A stretch of 64,000 nt of DNA from Phoronis australis. Its lineage: Eukaryota; Animalia; Phoronida. The notes under the pieces were generated by a model that was not told where the DNA came from, searched no databases, and was given only the letters and a program-made list of their open reading frames with translations. Position 1 is the stretch's first letter; each line of letters opens with the position of its first letter. The position numbers were made by a program, and so were the translations under genes. Below, piece by piece: positions 61,801 through 64,000 of the stretch. Location: the NCBI GenBank assembly GCA_002633005.1, contig NMRA01000205.1:1-64000 (forward strand), read 5' to 3'.

Positions 61801-63386
61801 TGGAGCGGCCAATTTGCTAATGTACACAGATGAGGTCTTGAACTTACTTTCAAGACACTCACTGTTTGCTCACTTGGGTTTTGCATAATCTTGTACAATC
61901 TTGCTTTTCCTGCAAGAAACTTGCTCTGCAAAATGCAGCCCTGGAATGTCAATTTTTAAGCTGTTTCTTATGCACATGACATTCCTACTCTTTTGAACCT
62001 TTTTTGTCAGTTTCCATAAAAAATGATATCAATAAACCTGTAAAGGAGTAAGTTCTGAAAATGTCAGCCTGTGCATGAAGGCTGTGTGCTTTCATTTTCC
62101 ATTTACTTCTCAATGGCTGATTTTCTAATACATCTAGTACCATAAAAATATAAGTACAGCGATTAAGCTGCTCAGTCAAGCAGTGTTTGCATGGTGTCAA
62201 TTGCTCATAGCATCATGCTAGTATTTTCGTGAAAATTGACTTAAGACTTAGGACAGAAATTTGGTCTTCCGCTCTCACTTCACAATTACTGTAGAAGAAA
62301 GTATTTGCCTAGTAATTATGAGCACATGCAGCTGTGTTGAAATGATATATAAGTAATTATCCCAGTAACGAGCACTGTGTACAGTCTCTGAGGCTTTACA
62401 CTTTTGCTCAAGTGAAATTTATTTTTCATCAATAGGTGTATGCAGTGTAAGACCAGATTTTTGTCTGAAGTCACTTTTCATGAAACATACTCCTTTTTGA
62501 GGAATTGCTTTCTATTATGAAAATCGTCCATTACGGTATATATTTTAGCAGAAGTGAAATATGTCAAATTGAATAAAATGCTATTAAATATTAAAAGGGC
62601 CTAACATATCGTATTAAATTGATAGGTCTATAGTTAAATATCCGCTTTTGCATGCCCCTTGCAAAATGTCCAAATTTGGCATCATATCTCTGGAGAAATG
62701 GCTGAATCTAATAAATGAAACTTTCCTATGCTATGATTTATGGACTGTTCTCCAAAATGATGATAGGGTTAGTTTTGAAATTCCCCACTTTTGCCTGAGG
62801 GCTGTGAAAAAAGGAATGATTTTCATGAAAAAAATCAAAAATTGCATGAAATGACGACAGAATTATATTTTCTGAAAACTGTAACAGCACATGTGAGATT
62901 TTATATTGGTTATATGAAATGAAGTTTCATGCGATTTATACCTTTCTTTTTTGCTAAATTTTACTAAAAAGACATGCTCACATGATCCAGTAATGACAGA
63001 TTGTTCTGGAGTTAGAAATGAAAGAAAATCGCAGGCTACTTGTGTGTCTGTGGCAGCTGTAACCATAGTCGCCGCAATCCGACTATTTTCCTTGTTACGT
63101 TTCCTTGGTGTTGGTCAACAAGTAGCATGCATTCATCAAAATGACTCTTGCATGGAACTGTCGTCTGCTTTGTCGTCTGCTTAAAGTTTGTCTGCTGTCT
63201 TCCTGAGTATCAACTTGTACATTTGACAAAACTCAAAGAACTATGGGTCCGTACCTTTAACATTGCTTGAATTTCAAATGTAACCATTTCAATCCTTTAA
63301 GGTTCCAATACAACAATGCCAGTGGCCGGCTAATGGATATGTCAGAGGAACCAAGTGATGTCTTGAGTGTACGCCATCTGGTGGAG
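46688..63386 (+). CDS. HAUS5: HAUS augmin-like complex subunit 5-like gene, 9 coding exons in the window, continuing beyond it
   Basis: The exons splice in frame with GT-AG ends. Peptides QQWALGDM, VCRGQNIDIWRFLVDRVYPAQTVKTVKGNLAL, DTQRKAQLL, SVRECL..FLHGLL and LWSRVEQVF are colinear with vertebrate HAUS5 motifs as I recall them (WAVEEM, LCLGQGADIW, TVKKIRGNL, DTQRRALLL, DVRTAC..FLQNLL, WLSSVE). Confidence 0.85.
47675..50961 (-). mobile_element. Ty3/Gypsy LTR retrotransposon, decayed, with integrase and most of the 3' LTR deleted
   Basis: gag with a CCHC knuckle, protease (IDCGAS), RT (LRICIDPRPLNK, LADD) and RNase H (QCDASK). 5' LTR 50686-50961 (TGTTATG...CATACA). PBS TGGTGGCAGCG. TSD AGACC at 47670-47674 and 50962-50966. 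Confidence 0.95.
50686..50961 (-). repeat. 5' LTR of the Gypsy element (276 bp)
   Basis: TG...CA ends, adjacent PBS and TSD. Its last ~28 bp recur at 47675-47700. Confidence 0.85.
50967..51130. repeat. 20-bp minisatellite, about 8 copies
   Basis: Unit CAGTACCCCTC(G/C)CATGTTCA. Confidence 0.95.
51553..51615 (+). CDS. HAUS5: HAUS5 exon 2
   Basis: TTTCAG acceptor, VCRGQNIDIWRFLVDRVYPA, GTAAGT donor. Confidence 0.88.
52082..52656. repeat. 48-bp minisatellite, 12 copies
   Basis: Unit ACACAGGGCCAAGAGAATATAAGACTATAGGATATTGGGCAATAGTCT. Confidence 0.97.
53435..53467 (+). CDS. HAUS5: HAUS5 exon 3 (33 nt)
   Basis: TTTCAG acceptor, TVKTVKGNLA, GTATCCTTT donor. Confidence 0.85.
53468..53648 (+). other. 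U12-type (minor spliceosome) GT-AG intron
   Basis: 5' site GTATCCTTT and branch site TTCCTTGAT (53625-53633) about 16 nt before the AG. Splicing keeps the reading frame. Confidence 0.85.
53649..53833 (+). CDS. HAUS5: HAUS5 exon 4 (coiled coil)
   Basis: KQKLS...EKSQLLEEKKQLSAELRMLKDSIQLVEKDLDRCQHTLLDT, then a GTAAGT donor. Confidence 0.88.
54843..54996 (+). CDS. HAUS5: HAUS5 exon 5
   Basis: ESAQDHSESSIHDTQRKAQLLNVYSRVCNEEMAVYSEYTKRLLSKIDSNTN, phases 1 to 2. Confidence 0.88.
55365..57545 (-). mobile_element. Hero-like (RLE-class) non-LTR retrotransposon, 5'-truncated and decayed
   Basis: RT motifs WLDLANA*GS.PH, KGILTGCTIS..LF, AFVGDLT and KYLG. CCHC region HILSACK..YTWRHNQVL. Restriction-like endonuclease RPDMVLWS..IIELTVP. 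Confidence 0.9.
55400..55468 (-). ncRNA. Candidate rearranged hammerhead ribozyme in the retrotransposon 3' UTR
   Basis: The - strand reads GGUCGUA-CUGGAUCAGGGCC-GAAACGACC-AAUGACGAUUCCUAACCAG-CUGAAGA-CGAGCGACGGUC. Stems III and I pair well; stem II is imperfect. Confidence 0.5.
58375..58450 (+). CDS. HAUS5: HAUS5 exon 6
   Basis: TTCCAG acceptor, KSQDTYFSRPAHVKGDNATIESLCT, GTAAGT donor. Confidence 0.8.
59647..59732 (+). CDS. HAUS5: HAUS5 exon 7
   Basis: TTTCAG acceptor, KSVRECLENISAFLHGLLRGDFSGDKTQ, GTAAGT donor. Confidence 0.85.
60778..60942 (+). CDS. HAUS5: HAUS5 exon 8
   Basis: TTGCAG acceptor, DKQRDRLWSRVEQVFHSQSVNEVLFSITLLTQDGAFAIGEQTANINIVEDANKL, GTAGGG donor. Confidence 0.85.
60991..61101. 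repeat. Small foldback/MITE
   Basis: TCGCAAACATTTTTAAG pairs with CTTAAAAAATGTTTGCGA, with weaker outer arms. Confidence 0.6.
63302..63386 (+). CDS. HAUS5: HAUS5 exon 9
   Basis: TTTAAG acceptor, FQYNNASGRLMDMSEEPSDVLSVRHLVE, GTAATG donor. Confidence 0.8.
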
Positions 63387-63429
63387 GTAATGTTGTTTTT
63401 GTGTGATCTTTTGAATAGTGAAAGTACCG

Positions 63430-63645
63430 AAAATGTATTAGGAATGTGTCTATTTTTTCTTATTTATTTATCATATTTTACTAATTTTATACTAAATTTA
63501 TTTTATTTATTATCTTTTCAATCTAATTGTACATAGCTGTCTGTATTTTACTTCATGTAATTATTTCTGACTTGGCCCTCTTGAAAATCAGTGTATACAC
63601 TGAAGTGGTCACCCAGTCCTTTAAAGAAGTTTAAATAAATAAATT
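63430..63645 (+). mobile_element. Probable 3' tail of a CR1/L2-type LINE
   Basis: A T-rich tract, the palindrome CAGTGTATACACTG, then an AAATAAATAAA tail. Confidence 0.4.
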
Positions 63646-64000
63646 ATTGAGGGAAGATGTAAGATGTAAGATGTAAAACATTGTTTTTGTAAATTACGTC
63701 CAATCTCTGTTAAAATTAAGTTTCTTCCTAAAAATGCAGTTAGTTAAGTGATAACAACCGTCTTATCATTACTCTGTGATCGTCTATTAAAGATTTTCAT
63801 GTTGTTTATTTAGTATTTTAAGTGACTTGATATACCGGTACTTAAGATTAATGTAAACTGAAAAACTTTTGATCTTGACTCACTTGTCATGACTAATCCT
63901 TACAGTCACCTTACTGTCTTCCATTTTGAAGATAAAGGTATGTTCAATTGGTAAAAATAAGGGTGCCTTTACAAAGAGTGTATCGCTGGAAAGGTTGGGT

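Overview
This window is eukaryotic genomic DNA: AT-rich, intron-containing and dense with transposons, with repeat families typical of a marine invertebrate. It has one ~1 kb N gap. 1-7819 is the decayed right part of a Polinton/Maverick (capsid, protease, ACTACT terminus), containing a LINE endonuclease fragment that is itself split by an Academ transposon. 8130-30839 holds a candidate small single-pass membrane gene whose ~20 kb intron is a nest of DNA transposons (Harbinger-like, ISL2EU-like, Kolobok, a HIRAN-bearing element, MITEs). 31-46 kb is mostly repeats, including a second Kolobok remnant and TIR elements carrying a tRNA-like segment. From 46688 to the end are 9 coding exons of a HAUS5-like (augmin) gene, with a U12-type intron, a deleted Gypsy in intron 1 and a Hero-like RLE retrotransposon in intron 5. 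The most unusual signal is a rearranged hammerhead-ribozyme-like motif in the 3' UTR of that retrotransposon. All family and gene assignments come from motif recognition by eye, not database searches.
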